64,000 bases of DNA, taken from the NCBI RefSeq assembly GCF_001194135.2, contig NC_069002.1, forward strand, positions 26,561,005 to 26,625,004. Reading direction: 5' to 3'. The translations under genes were made by a program, and so were the position numbers. The stretch comes from Octopus bimaculoides. Its lineage: Eukaryota. The notes beneath the pieces are model-generated. The model ran no database searches and was not told where the DNA came from. It saw only the letters and a program-made list of their open reading frames with translations. Shown piece after piece: positions 12,415-25,562 of the stretch. Numbering within the stretch: the first letter of the stretch is position 1; each line of letters begins with the position of its first letter.

Positions 12415-12620
12415 ATGTTTGTGTGTTTGTGTTTGTCCCCCCAACATCACCAATGCTGGTATGTTTACATTCTTGTAACTTACCAGTTCTGCAAAAGAGA
12501 CAGATAGAATAAGTACTAGGCTTACAAAGAATAAGTCCTGGGGTCAATTTGCTCGACTAAAGGCGGTGCTCCAGTATGGCCACAGTCAAATGACCAAAAC
12601 AAGTAATAGAATAAAAGAAT
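12415..12620 (+). mobile_element. SINE family A, 3' half
   Basis: Match to 26580-26777. Confidence 0.85.
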
Positions 12621-13716
12621 ATGTATAAATATTTGTGTGTGTGAGTGTGTGTAATGTAGGGACTGTTGAGTAGCCATCTGTTTTCTCTACAAGTATCCTC
12701 TTCTTGTCCTCTCATCTAGGCTAAAGCCCTCTCTATTATACTCGCACTCACACACAGAATGTTTTTAGTCTTGCAAGTTATATGGTGACCCCATTGGTGT
12801 TGGTGCTATGACAAAATCTGTCCATACATTCTGTAAGTAGGTTGATGTCAGGGACAAAATCCAGCTGTAGAAAATCATACCAAAGCAGACATTAGAGCTC
12901 AATGCAGTGTCCAGTGACTCTCTGGGTCCTCTCGGATGCTCAAGCCCATACCTGTTCAGAAGACAGGCATTAAATGATGATGAGACATGCACTTATATGT
13001 ATATAAAGGGACAGGAGAGGTAGAATGTGTCTATGTGCGTGCTTACATTTTCACTTCTCTGAAAATCATGGAGCTGCAAGTGATGACATTGTTGTCATTT
13101 CCCCTGTTGAGAAATTATCTGCTGATTTTGAGCCTCTGAAGCCATGTGGAATAAATGATCCTTTACTTGAAAAATTGGTAAGGGTTAGTGACAGAAAGGG
13201 CATCCAGCTGTAAAACAATACCTCAGTAATATATATTCATCTAACCTATGCTGGCATGAAAAAATGAACATAAATAAATTAATGAACTACATAAATTCAG
13301 AATAGCCGAAGATTAATGGTACATGTTCTGTGAGGAGAAGACAACTATCTCCGAAACAGATCTGTAAAAGAATTTCAAATCATTTTTATGTTTACTGTAG
13401 TTATCTCCAATAGGAGGTCTTTCATATTGTCTGCAATTTCCACAATGAAGACTTTCAAATAAATAATGGTGCATTTCTTAATTTCTTATTTGGTTTTGTT
13501 GGTGACAGCATCATGAAAGTGACTTCTGATGTCCAGTGTCATGTGTCATGTTTTAGCATGAAAACATTGAAGAGATATTGTAATCATACTTTTGTACGAC
13601 TCTGAGGAAATCTATTTGTACAAGCAAGTATAATATTTATGTGACTGATCGACCAGAAAACTCAGCTCTTTGATTCATCAACAGAACTGTTTCCTGTTGT
13701 AAAGCAGGCATCTCAC

Positions 13717-13779
13717 CTATTGTACTGTTTCTCTTTCTTCCTATTGTGACTGAAATTACATCACTTGGTGTGTCGCTCT
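13717..13779 (-). CDS. Candidate exon ((E)SDTPSDVISVTIGRKRNSTI)
   Basis: Acceptor gatttgcctacgtag, donor ATAG|gtgaga, 63 nt, phase 1 to phase 1. Confidence 0.2.
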
Positions 13780-14169
13780 CTACGTAGGCAAATCATCGTA
13801 AATACTTCAACAATGTAACCAGTCGGTTTTTAACATCAGTCAACAAATCTTATTGGCTAAATGCCCGAAATCTGAAGAAGGAAACAATGATGGTCTGCAT
13901 CAGTAAAAATTAGTCAATAACGGAGTTCCGTAACTCTAATTGCTCTTTGTTCATTATTCCTTACTCTGAAACGAAGAACAAGAGAGTTTGGTATCTTATT
14001 TATTGTGAACAAAATACAAGTAAAAAACATTTTTTTTTTTTAATGAACGGTGAGATGAGTATTGTTTCAGCTTTTGCATCTCCATAAAACGAACTTGACA
14101 CACAATCCACAATTTAGAATAAAGAGCTTCTACTCAGAACTAATCTGAGCTATCTAGGATAACCATAGC

Positions 14170-14258
14170 CCATACATACATACATACATGCATACATACA
14201 TGCATACATACATACATACATATATACATACATACATACTTATTTATCTATATATCTA

Positions 14259-14298
<40 letters not shown>

Positions 14299-14414
14299 TC
14301 TATTTGTCTATCTATTTATCTATTTGTCTATCTATCTATCTATTTGTCTGTCTATCTAGCTATCTGTCTGTCTGTCTGTCTGCCTGTCTATCTGTCTGTC
14401 TGCCTGTCTGTCTA

Positions 14415-14445
<31 letters not shown>

Positions 14446-14538
14446 ATCTGTCTGTCAGTCTGTCTGTCTGTCTGCCTGCCTGTATGTCTGTCTGTCTGTC
14501 TGTTTGTCTGTCTATCTATCTATTTATCTATCTGTCTA

Positions 14539-14591
<53 letters not shown>

Positions 14592-14705
14592 TTGTCTGTC
14601 TATTTGTCTATTATCTATCTATTTGTCTGTCTGTCTATCTATCTATACATCTATCTGTCTGTCTGTCAGTCTATCTGTATGTCTGTCTGTCTGTCTATCT
14701 ATCTT
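14170..14705. repeat. Tetranucleotide array (CATA)/(TCTA)/(TCTG)
   Basis: Direct reading; source of the LSVC/SIYL ORFs. Confidence 0.95.
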
Positions 14706-14789
14706 AATGTACACTTTTCTATAGTTGGATGCACTTTTTGATACCAGTCCTCACTTGTTTCCAAGCAACATAATACCTATGTGTATATA

Positions 14790-14975
14790 TGCTCAAAATG
14801 AGGAGTTGATAGAAGCCGACAACTGATGAAGAGTCTTTTCTCTGTGTTTACTTGTCCTGTTTTCCATTTTTTCTCGTTATTTACGTATTTCACTCATTTT
14901 TCTCTCGTTTGTTTACATATTTCATGTTATTTGCACTGTTGGTGACATCCTGTACCCATATATGCATGTATATAT
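14790..14975 (+). mobile_element. Short interspersed repeat (possible Penelope-like tail)
   Basis: gccgacaactgatgaag…cttgtcctgttttccattt…gtcctgtaccc-type sequence recurs inverted at 36160-36330 and 59860-59905. Confidence 0.55.
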
Positions 14976-15298
14976 ATTATATATTATTTATTATTATTTA
15001 ATTGAACGTGACACATCCATTTCCAAGTAAGNNNNNNNNNNCATACAAACATACATACCCACTTACCCACCCTAGTCCTCTGTGCAGAATTTCAGCCATA
15101 TATATTACAACCACTATAACTATTTTTATTGGCTAAATCCACACCACACCAGAAGGGATGAAACTGGTTATATGCAAGTTTAAAAAGATCTGATATATTT
15201 AAATATAATATTACACTTGTTTGTGTCTCTTTAATTTGTCTAAAATGATTACAATAATTAGCTTAATGCTGTTGTGCATTTTTCACTCATTTGTGTGT

Positions 15299-15333
<35 letters not shown>

Positions 15334-16039
15334 CACATCTTGTTCAGAAATCTCTAACCAATTATCAAGCCACAGGGAAATATTAGCTTGTTTGGAAACA
15401 GATCAGAGATGGGTGACAGGATGAGCATTCAGTCAGGGAAGATCTACATCAACAAATTCTGTCCAACCCATACAAACAGATTAAAGCAATGATAATTCAT
15501 GTAAATGTTTTGTGGGACAAGCAGAAATAGAACTCAATACATAAGCACATATACTTTTTTTATTATGTTTTTTTTTAACTGGCAGGAAGTGTCAAAGGTG
15601 GCTCAGGGGCCGAAAGTTCAAATCTGAGAGCTTGTTGCTTGAAGGTTCACATAAAAATGCACATTTTCCCCCCAGACTAGTCTGAACACAACAAACTAAT
15701 GCAAAGAGGTTAAATGCAGTCAAAAACCAAGTGAAATCTTTTCTGGCGATGTCGATCTGTTTCAAAGGGCAGACCATTTGAGAATTATGCATTTTCATAT
15801 ACTTCTTTAATTTAATTATTAATTGAATGTTACAGAGAGAGAGTTGTAATTTACTCTAGATGAAGAATCAAGTTTAGAGGTTTAAAATCAGCTTGATAAA
15901 TGTCCTGGATGAAACTCTCAGCCCTTGAGTCACTTCTGTATCTTTTTGTTGATTAAAAACAAATTAATAAAATATATATATGATTTTGTGTATGTGTATG
16001 TATGTGTATTTACATGCATGTACATACATATATACATAG

Positions 16040-16455
16040 GCAATGGGGCTGAGTTCTTTTCAAGTGTTGGGCCTCATGGAGGTAAAGTCGCTGAGTTCCT
16101 TTTGAGCGTTGGGCCTCACGAAAGGCAGTGCTTGAAACCTTTGGCATGATATTGTGCTTGAGAAGAAGACACATCAAGCCGAGCAAAATCACAGTCGTGC
16201 CAGATAACAGTGTCACGCAAATTGGCACCTGTGCCAGTGGAGCGTAAAAGCACTCCAGTGTCACGCAATTGGCACCCATGCCAGTGGCACGTAAAAGCAC
16301 CCATTACACTTTTGGATTGGTCGGCATTCGGAAGGGCATCCAGATGTAGAAAACCATCCCAAATCAGACTGGAGTCTGGTTAAACTTTCCAGTGTGCCAG
16401 CTCGGTCAAACCATCCAACCCATGCCAGCATGGACAATGGATATTAAATGATGAT
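16040..16455 (+). mobile_element. SINE family C with internal tandem subrepeats and (GAT)n tail
   Basis: Duplicated gagttc…gttgggcctca and gtgtcacgcaa…gtaaaagcac blocks; gaagggcatccag; atgatgat tail. Confidence 0.85.
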
Positions 16456-16587
16456 GATATATATGTGTATATGAGTATATATATGTGTACATATATATAT
16501 GTGTGTATATTTATATATATTTATATGCACATATATATTTATGTATATGTATATATATATATATATATATACACACAAATATGTATA

Positions 16588-16640
<53 letters not shown>

Positions 16641-17524
16641 NNNNNNNNNNNNNNNNNNNNNNNNNNNNNNNNNNNNNNNNNNNNNNNNNNNNNNNNNNNN
16701 NNNNNNNNNNNNNNNNNNNNNNNNNNNNNNNNNNNNNNNNNNNNNNNNNNNNNNNNNNNNNNNNNNNNNNNNNNNNNNNNNNNNNNNNNNNNNNNNNNNN
16801 NNNNNNNNNNNNNNNNNNNNNNNNNNNNNNNNNNNNNNNNNNNNNNNNNNNNNNNNNNNNNNNNNNNNNNNNNNNNNNNNNNNNNNNNNNNNNNNNNNNN
16901 NNNNNNNNNNNNNNNNNNNNNNNNNNNNNNNNNNNNNNNNNNNNNNNNNNNNNNNNNNNNNNNNNNNNNNNNNNNNNNNNNNNNNNNNNNNNNNNNNNNN
17001 NNNNNNNNNNNNNNNNNNNNNNNNNNNNNNNNNNNNNNNNNNNNNNNNNNNNNNNNNNNNNNNNNNNNNNNNNNNNNNNNNNNNNNNNNNNNNNNNNNNN
17101 NNNNNNNNNNNNNNNNNNNNNNNNNNNNNNNNNNNNNNNNNNNNNNNNNNNNNNNNNNNNNNNNNNNNNNNNNNNNNNNNNNNNNNNNNNNNNNNNNNNN
17201 NNNNNNNNNNNNNNNNNNNNNNNNNNNNNNNNNNNNNNNNNNNNNNNNNNNNNNNNNNNNNNNNNNNNNNNNNNNNNNNNNNNNNNNNNNNNNNNNNNNN
17301 NNNNNNNNNNNNNNNNNNNNNNNNNNNNNNNNNNNNNNNNNNNNNNNNNNNNNNNNNNNNNNNNNNNNNNNNNNNNNNNNNNNNNNNNNNNNNNNNNNNN
17401 NNNNNNNNNNNNNNNNNNNNNNNNNNNNNNNNNNNNNNNNNNNNNNNNNNNNNNNNNNNNNNNNNNNNNNNNNNNNNNNNNNNNNNNNNNNNNNNNNNNN
17501 NNNNNNNNNNNNNNNNNNNNNNNN

Positions 17525-17555
<31 letters not shown>

Positions 17556-18617
17556 GATATATATATATAACAGGATAACTCACTTTTGGCAGCTGGGTGT
17601 AGACCGGAGTAATGTGAAATGAAGTATTTTGCTCATGTCACCCCACAAGCATCAAAACCACAATCTTACAACCAAGAGTGCAAAGTCCTAACCATTATGC
17701 CATTGCATCTCCACACACACACACACTTATATATACAAAAAATTCTGTATATTTTTCATTTATATACATGTGTGTATGTGCGTGTGTGTTCGTATCTGTG
17801 TCTCTGCATTTGTCTGTGTGTCTGTAATTGTGTGTGTGTGTGTTTATGTCTGCATGCGTTTTTTTAAAAGTGAAGCACAATGTTTGTCTTTCTTAGACTA
17901 TTCAAATATTGTTTCATCCTTCAACCGTTTCGATGGTATTTCTTCAATAAACACACTGCTGTCTTCCAGTCAACTCTGATGGCACACAACCTTAACTTCT
18001 GTCTCCTGACCTTGTCTCCTCTTTCCTCTCCCCCCCTCCACCCCCACCCCAGTTTTCCTTATTCTCATTGCCTACAGACAACACACAATACTCAGATATA
18101 TATATATATATNNNNNNNNNNNNNNNNNNNNNNNNNNNNNNNNNNNNNNNNNNNNNNNNNNNNNNNNNNNNNNNNNNNNNNNNNNNNNNNNNNNNNNNNN
18201 NNNNNNNNNNNNNNNNNNNNNNNNNNNNNNNNNNNNNNNNNNNNNNNNNNNNNNNNNNNNNNNNNNNNNNNNNNNNNNNNNNNNNNNNNNNNNNNNNNNN
18301 NNNNNNNNNNNNNNNNNNNNNNNNNNNNNNNNNNNNNNNNNNNNNNNNNNNNNNNNNNNNNNNNNNNNNNNNNNNNNNNNNNNNNNNNNNNNNNNNNNNN
18401 NNNNNNNNNNNNNNNNNNNNNNNNNNNNNNNNNNNNNNNNNNNNNNNNNNNNNNNNNNNNNNNNNNNNNNNNNNNNNNNNNNNNNNNNNNNNNNNNNNNN
18501 NNNNNNNNNNNNNNNNNNNNNNNNNNNNNNNNNNNNNNNNNNNNNNNNNNNTAGACATTTTCATATATGTGTGTGTGTATGTATGTATGTATGTATGTAT
18601 GTATGTACATATGTGTC

Positions 18618-18657
<40 letters not shown>

Positions 18658-19759
18658 CACACACACACACACACACACACAGTACTCAACTTGCTTTCCA
18701 TCTCCAGTTTCTGTCAGATCTGTTCTGCAAGCTTCTAAGACAAAAGCAACACATTCTTGCCTTGCAAGAAACGACAGTAGACCGGTGCAAGTCTAGCTTG
18801 ATTGTTTTGAAAAGCCAGATGACCAGAACTATAGACTTGAAACCCCAGTCTACCTTGTCAGAATACCTGTTTACAAGCTAGATAAACAGCATTTATCCCT
18901 AGGATAGACTACTTGGGTCTTTCAATAAACCATTTGTTTGACTTTGTTTGTGTTTTCCTTTCATGTCTAATAACATTGTCGGACATGTTGTTCAGCTGAA
19001 GTTTCTGTCAAACAAAGCCTGTTTAAAACATCAGAGTCACTTTGAAAATATATATTATGAATTCTTTGTTAAGTAATTAATTTTAATTTCTTTGTAATTA
19101 ATTACTTTATAAAATAATAGCTTCATAATATTCACCTAATCCTTCTGGTTTTTTGTTTTTGTTTATTTCTCGCTCCCCTCACACTCTTATGTAACATCTC
19201 CCCTCTACCCTCTCCATACCATTTATATTCACTCCTACTGTGCCTTGTTGGAATGTCCCAATACATTTCCACTACCATTTATTCCCCCCTCTCTGTCTCC
19301 TCCTCACTCTGTCTATTTTTCTCTCTAACTCTGCCTCTCTCAGTCAGGTATCCCTTCTAGAGCAAGACACCTGTCTCTCTCCCTCTCTTATACTTTAACC
19401 ACTCAATTAGCACAAAGCCATCTGTGAGTTTATGGTGTGCATGTGTGTGTGTGCATGTGTTTGTATAGTGTGGTGTGTATAGTGTGTGTGTGTATGGTGT
19501 ATGAGTGAGTGTGTGTGTGTGTGTGTGTGGTGTGTTTATAATGACCAAATGTGACTCTGGTAATGCTCCCAAAGCATAATTTGGCCCATTTTGAAAACGG
19601 ACATTGATAAAAGAAGGAAGAACCAGAGTGGAAATAAATACTGGTGTTGATAGCATCAGCTAAAGCCCTGTGATGTCAGTGCTCCAGCCTGGCCACAACT
19701 GAATGACTAAACCTAAAAAAAAAAAAAAAACGAAAGGAGAAAAGAATTCTTGTCAAACA

Positions 19760-19940
19760 TCTTTTGGCATTGACCAGAATTGAACCTGTCCTCCTCTGAT
19801 TTGAATGCCCTTCTCACACTTCAGTGTCACACAACGAGCCTACCTTCTTTGGTATGTCCCATGCTTGGCTTATCTTCTCTGGAGATCAACCACAGTCTTA
19901 ACCGTTTTCCTCCAGATCTCCTCTGAAGGATAATCAAAAC
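19760..19940 (-). mobile_element. Decayed LINE 3' remnant (RTE-like)
   Basis: PSEEIWRKTVKTVVDLQRR* resembles the RTE C-terminus; shares aggctcgttgtg with 54119. Confidence 0.35.
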
Positions 19941-20767
19941 CTGCATGTGTGTGTGTATGGGCACGTGTGTGTGTGTGTTTCTACCCCAACTGCCATTTCC
20001 AGTGTTGTTAGCTGCTTGTTTTAGGACAGTTTCTTTCTCTCGCCCCAGTTATTCCAATTTCGGTTTCTTGACACAACAACAGATAACTGAACTGAGTAAA
20101 CGGAACCTTCTGTTGTAAACGAACATTTCTTCGGTATCTGCTGCCATCACGCCATCAGGTTCTTATCAGATATTCCTTATTCCAGTCAAAGAAAGATAAG
20201 CAGTGCTGGGTCCTACACACACTTTTGATTCACATGATTCGCTGAAGGGTTANNNNNNNNNNNNNNNNNNNNNNNNNNNNNNNNNNNNNNNNNNNNNNNN
20301 NNNNNNNNNNNNNNNNNNNNNNNNNNNNNNNNNNNNNNNNNNNNNNNNNNNNNNNNNNNNNNNNNNNNNNNNNNNNNNNNNNNNNNNNNNNNNNNNNNNN
20401 NNNNNNNNNNNNNNNNNNNNNNNNNNNNNNNNNNNNNNNNNNNNNNNNNNNNNNNNNNNNNNNNNNNNNNNNNNNNNNNNNNNNNNNNNNNNNNNNNNNN
20501 NNNNNNNNNNNNNNNNNNNNNNNNNNNNNNNNNNNNNNNNNNNNNNNNNNNNNNNNNNNNNNNNNNNNNNNNNNNNNNNNNNNNNNNNNNNNNNNNNNNN
20601 NNNNNNNNNNNNNNNNNNNNNNNNNNNNNNNNNNNNNNNNNNNNNNNNNNNNNNNNNNNNNNNNNNNNNNNNNNNNNNNNNNNNNNNNNNNNNNNNNNNN
20701 NNNNNNNNNNNNNNNNNNNNNNNNNNNNNNNNNNNNNNNNNNNNNNNNNNNNNNNNNNNNNNNNNNN

Positions 20768-20830
<63 letters not shown>

Positions 20831-22244
20831 TTGTTTGTCCTTCTACCATCACTTGACAACCAATGTTAGTGTGTTTACGTCCCCGTGATTTAGTGGTTCA
20901 GCAAAAGAGACCAATAGAATAAGTACTAGGCTTACAAAGAATAAGTCCTGGGATCAATTTGTTCGACTAAAGGCGGTGCTCCAGCATGGCTGCAGTCAAA
21001 TGAGAGAAACAAATAAAAGAATGAAAGAATAGCATATCTAGGACCACATTATGCAATGTGCCCTTCCTGTTTTATGATGGTAAGATGGAGGTTTGAAGGA
21101 AATTCGGTTGCTATTTTCTGGTGGGTGCAACTTGGGCTGATACAATGGGCCGCCAGTGTCATCACAGGTATTACTGCCAATACACAAAGGACCAGAACAG
21201 ATGCTGTAAGTCATCTCACCTGACCCTTCTCCCCCCCCCCCCNNNNNNNNNNNNNNNNNNNNNNNNNNNNNNNNNNNNNNNNNNNNNNNNNNNNNNNNNN
21301 NNNNNNNNNNNNNNNNNNNNNNNNNNNNNNNNNNNNNNNNNNNNNNNNNNNNNNNNNNNNNNNNNNNNNNNNNNNNNNNNNNNNNNNNNNNNNNNNNNNN
21401 NNNNNNNNNNNNNNNNNNNNNNNNNNNNNNNNNNNNNNNNNNNNNNNNNNNNNNNNNNNNNNNNNNNNNNNNNNNNNNNNNNNNNNNNNNNNNNNNNNNN
21501 NNNNNNNNNNNNNNNNNNNNNNNNNNNNNNNNNNNNNNNNNNNNNNNNNNNNNNNNNNNNNNNNNNNNNNNNNNNNNNNNNNNNNNNNNNNNNNNNNNNN
21601 NNNNNNNNNNNNNNNNNNNNNNNNNNNNNNNNNNNNNNNNNNNNNNNNNNNNNNNNNNNNNNNNNNNNNNNNNNNNNNNNNNNNNNNNNNNNNNNNNNNN
21701 NNNNNNNNNNNNNNNNNNNNNNNNNNNNNNNNNNNNNNNNNNNNNNNNNNNNNNNNNNNNNNNNNNNNNNNNNNNNNNNNNNNNNNNNNNNNNNNNNNNN
21801 NNNNNNNNNNNNNNNNNNNNNNNNNNNNNNNNNNNNNNNNNNNNNNNNNNNNNNNNNNNNNNNNNNNNNNNNNNNNNNNNNNNNNNNNNNNNNNNNNNNN
21901 NNNNNNTATATATATATATATATATATATTTGTCTGTGTCTGTGTTTGTCTCCCTAGCATTACTTGACAAACAATACTGGTGTGTTTACATGCCCGTAAC
22001 TTAGCAGTTCGGCAAAAGAGACTGATAGAATGAGTACTAGGATGACAAAGAATCAGTCCTGGTGTCGATTTGTTCAACTAAAGTCAGTGCTCCAGCATGG
22101 CCACAATCAAATGACTGAAACAAATAAAAGAGTAAACATTCCAAAATTGCTGCTGCGTTGCCAAAGTTGAAGACATCAGGAACAACCACCTCACCAAGCT
22201 ATTATTACCTAAATACACTTCCATAATTATTGGATTCAAATTTT

Positions 22245-22670
22245 GGCACAAGGCCAGCAATTTGGGGGGAAGGGGTAAGTTGATTACATTAACCCCCGGT
22301 GTTCGACCAATACTTATTGACCACAAAAGGACAAAAGGCAAAGTTGACCTTGGTGGAATTTGAACTCAGAATGTTAAGATGAAATGCTGCTGAGCATTTT
22401 ACCTGGCGTGCTAACGAATCTGCCAGTTTGCTGCGTTCACTCTTTTATAATTATTAATCTCATTAAGGTGGCAAGCTGGCAGAACCGTTAGCATGCTGGA
22501 GAAACTGCTAAGCGGTCTTTCACCCGCCGTTACATTCTGAGCTCAAATTCTGCTGAGGTCGACTTTACCGTTCATCCTTTCAGGGTCGATAAATTAAGTA
22601 CCAGTTAAATACTGGGGTTGATGTAATGAATTCATCCCCTCCCTCAAAACTGCTGCCCTTGTGGCAAAAT
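22245..22670. mobile_element. Head-to-head inverted pair of SINE B copies
   Basis: Minus copy 22245-22435, ~30 bp spacer, plus copy 22467-22670. Confidence 0.85.
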
Positions 22671-22879
22671 TTGAATCCATAATTATTAATCAAGCCCCCT
22701 TCATTATTATTTCCCAATACTACCAAGATACTACAGACTCAGCAGCAATAGTGGAAACCATATTTCCACTGAAGATGGTTAAGAAGCCAGAAATGTTCAG
22801 AGTTGTCTTTCTTGATCACTTGCTTGCCAAGAAAGTAAAGTTAATTAACTCCTAATATTTTTTTTCCTTAATCACAGCA

Positions 22880-23022
22880 GGTAACCCTTTTGTTACCATA
22901 TTTTTGCTGAAACACATTGACTTTGCTTCAGTTAAATTTGAAAATGATGGAGAATTTAGAAAGCAATCGTAGAAGATTTTTATTTAAACCAATTTAAAAC
23001 AGGGACTTTGTATCATAAAGTT

Positions 23023-23025
<3 letters not shown>
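22880..23025 (+). mobile_element. MITE-like family E fragment (ccctttt…tacc end)
   Basis: gaaacac…tttgcttca…tttgaaaat…gaattt shared with three copies in 26315-27140. Confidence 0.6.
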
Positions 23026-23053
<28 letters not shown>

Positions 23054-23071
23054 AGAGATACATGCATGGCT

Positions 23072-23485
23072 GGTTGTGTAGTAAGAGATTTGCTTCCCAA
23101 CCACATAATTCTAGGTTCACTCCTTCTCCATGGCACCTTGGGCAAATGTCCTCATAGCTTTGGGCTAATCAAAGCCTTGTGAGTAGATTTGGTTGACAGA
23201 AACTGAAAGCCTGTGAACTGCAAGCTGGTGAGCTGGCAGAATCGGTAGCACGCCGGGCGAAATGCTTAGTGGTATTTCGTCTGCCATTACGTTCTGAGTT
23301 CAAATTCCGCCATGGTCGACTTTGCCTTTCATCCTTTCGGGGTCAATAAATTAAGTACCAGTTACGTACTAGGGTCAATGCAATCGATTTAATGCCTTTG
23401 TCTGTCCTTGTTTGTCCGCTCTATGTTTAGCCCCTTGTGGGCAATATAAAAACAAAAAAGAAGCTGAAAGCCTGTCATACATATA

Positions 23486-23517
<32 letters not shown>

Positions 23518-23518
23518 C

Positions 23519-23587
<69 letters not shown>

Positions 23588-23640
23588 ATGTGTGTGTGTG
23601 TGTGTATTAGTGTCTCCTGACCTTGATATCACATGATAGT
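23072..23640 (+). mobile_element. SINE A interrupted by a nested SINE B (insert 23215-23463)
   Basis: 12 bp TSD ctgaaagcctgt at 23203-23214 and 23464-23475. Confidence 0.85.
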
Positions 23641-23937
23641 CGTAAATGAGTGCCACTGTCATGCATGCAGTGTACGTAGTTTCCAGTCTTCAGTGAAAAT
23701 ATGTCAGATCATGGGGGAATAATTACCTCACTTGGAAACAGACGAAGGTTGGTAACAGGAATTGCATCCAGCTGTAGAAAATCTGCCTCAACGCACTGTG
23801 TCCAACCCATACAAGCATGGGAAAGTGGACATTAAAACGATGATGATGATACATTGATGCAACTAAACATAAGAAATTGTCTGCAGATTTGTATATTTTA
23901 AGAAGATGCAAAATAAAGTGCTACGTAAAACACTTAC

Positions 23938-23987
23938 CTTGTTACGGTCGCTAATAGCGCCGACCGAAATGTTTGTTTGTGTCAGTG
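23938..23987 (-). CDS. Candidate exon ((A)LTQTNISVGAISDRNK) or non-coding exon
   Basis: Consensus donor AAG|gtaagt, acceptor aatttcatcatcag; locally CpG-rich. Confidence 0.2.
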
Positions 23988-24599
23988 CTGATGATGAAAT
24001 TTTCAATAATTGATGTTTGGAAAATGTTCAGAAATGGTTTGTTTAATGTTTTGCACGATTATACAGAAGATATTTCCAGAAGTTTCCACCGTTCCATTCG
24101 GCTTTGAATTAATTTCCTTCTTGGTCCAAACTGAAGCAAAGAACGGTTTTTTATGTGTCGTTTCAGCCGAGTTATAAAATATTGAGATCATTGTTATACA
24201 GAACTACTACTACTACTACTACCACCACCACCACCACTACTACAACCACCACCGCCACCACTACTACTACTATAGCCACCACCACTGCTGCTGTGACTGT
24301 TACTGCTGCTGCTGCAACTGCTGTTGCAGCCATAGACCAGTTTTTCCACATGTTCTTGTCTGAGAAGACTGAGCCACTTCAGGAGCCTCCACATGGTCAT
24401 CCAACATGGTAGAAATAGCAGCCAAGTCTTCAACACAAAAACAAAGATCTTAGACATTGGACTCAGGTCTTTTATAAGCCATAGGACTCATAAAAAGCCA
24501 GAGTGCAACTCAGTTGCCATGGCGACTGAGATCACAACCCCACCCCCCAAGAATGGTCAAGATTCCAACAGCAGGATTTTAAGAATGGAAGCCCTCAAT

Positions 24600-24860
24600 A
24601 ATCAGAGTTCAAATCCAAATGAAACTAATGCCTTCCAACATTATTTCTAAACTCAAGGAAGATAAGTTTGAAAGCAGAAGCAATGGGGAGGAGTTCCGGC
24701 TGGTTCTTGGCAAATCTCCAAACATTTAAGATATGCAACAAGTCTCTGTTGTCCAAGTGGCTAAAAAGGGTCCACAGAAGAGCACCCAAGAGTCATGACC
24801 TGAATGCAACTTGGTTCCCCTTAGAGTGTGAGAAGTTAAGGGCCCAAACACTTGCCTAAG
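24600..24860 (+). mobile_element. Tx1/L1-like LINE ORF2 remnant
   Basis: RKISLKAEAMGRSSGWFLANLQTFKICNKSLLSKWLKR resembles the post-RT motif (kis…p…GGLGL.NL…N.ALL.KWLWR). Confidence 0.5.
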
Positions 24861-24964
24861 TAGGTTTTCTTCTCTGAAGATCTTCTGCTGTTTATCTCTC
24901 GTAAGAGTTTCTTACCACAAAGCCACTTAGTCTGGCGTTTTACCAATTCTGCTGCTCTAAGACT

Positions 24965-25270
24965 TTATTAACCAGCCATATCCAGCCCAAATATTGTACC
25001 TGTTTTATGTTCAAACCAACAAGATCTGGCCTCTCACACTTGCCCTACAATGTCACTCTGAAAATAAACTATCAAATTACCAGAGCTATGAAATAATGCG
25101 AAATTAATTCAAATGGCTGTGTGATAAGTAGCTTGCTTACCAACCACATGGTTCCAGGTTCAGTCCCACTACGTGGCATCTTGAGCAAGTGTCTTCTACT
25201 ATTGCCTCGGACCGACCAAAGCCTTGTGAGTGGATTTGGTAGACAGAAACTGAAAGAAGTCTGTTGTATA

Positions 25271-25343
<73 letters not shown>

Positions 25344-25562
25344 TTGTGTGTCTGTGTTTGTCCCCCTAGCATTGCTTGACAACCGATGCAGGTGTGTTTA
25401 TGTCCCTGTCACTTAGCAGTTCAGCAAAAGAGACCACAAAGAATAAGTCCCGGGATCGATTTGCTCAACTAAAGGTGATGCTCCAGCATGGCCGCAGTCA
25501 AATGACTGAAACCAGTAAAAGAGTAAATAAGCATTAGATTTGACAGAATAATCGGAATGCAA
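24965..25562 (+). mobile_element. MITE family D split by a SINE A insertion (about 25113-25525)
   Basis: MITE sequence resumes (taaataagcattagatttgacagaataatc) directly after the SINE tail. Confidence 0.8.

Noticed and set aside
14822-14850. CUGAUGA plus a stem II-like hairpin (also CUGACGA near 36290, minus strand)
   Set aside because: No GAAA after the stem and no stem III, so not a hammerhead as read
16190-16300. Short direct repeats in SINE C resembling a CRISPR repeat-spacer pattern (also the 31 bp array)
   Set aside because: Eukaryotic context, no unique spacers, no cas genes; these are internal SINE subrepeats or a minisatellite
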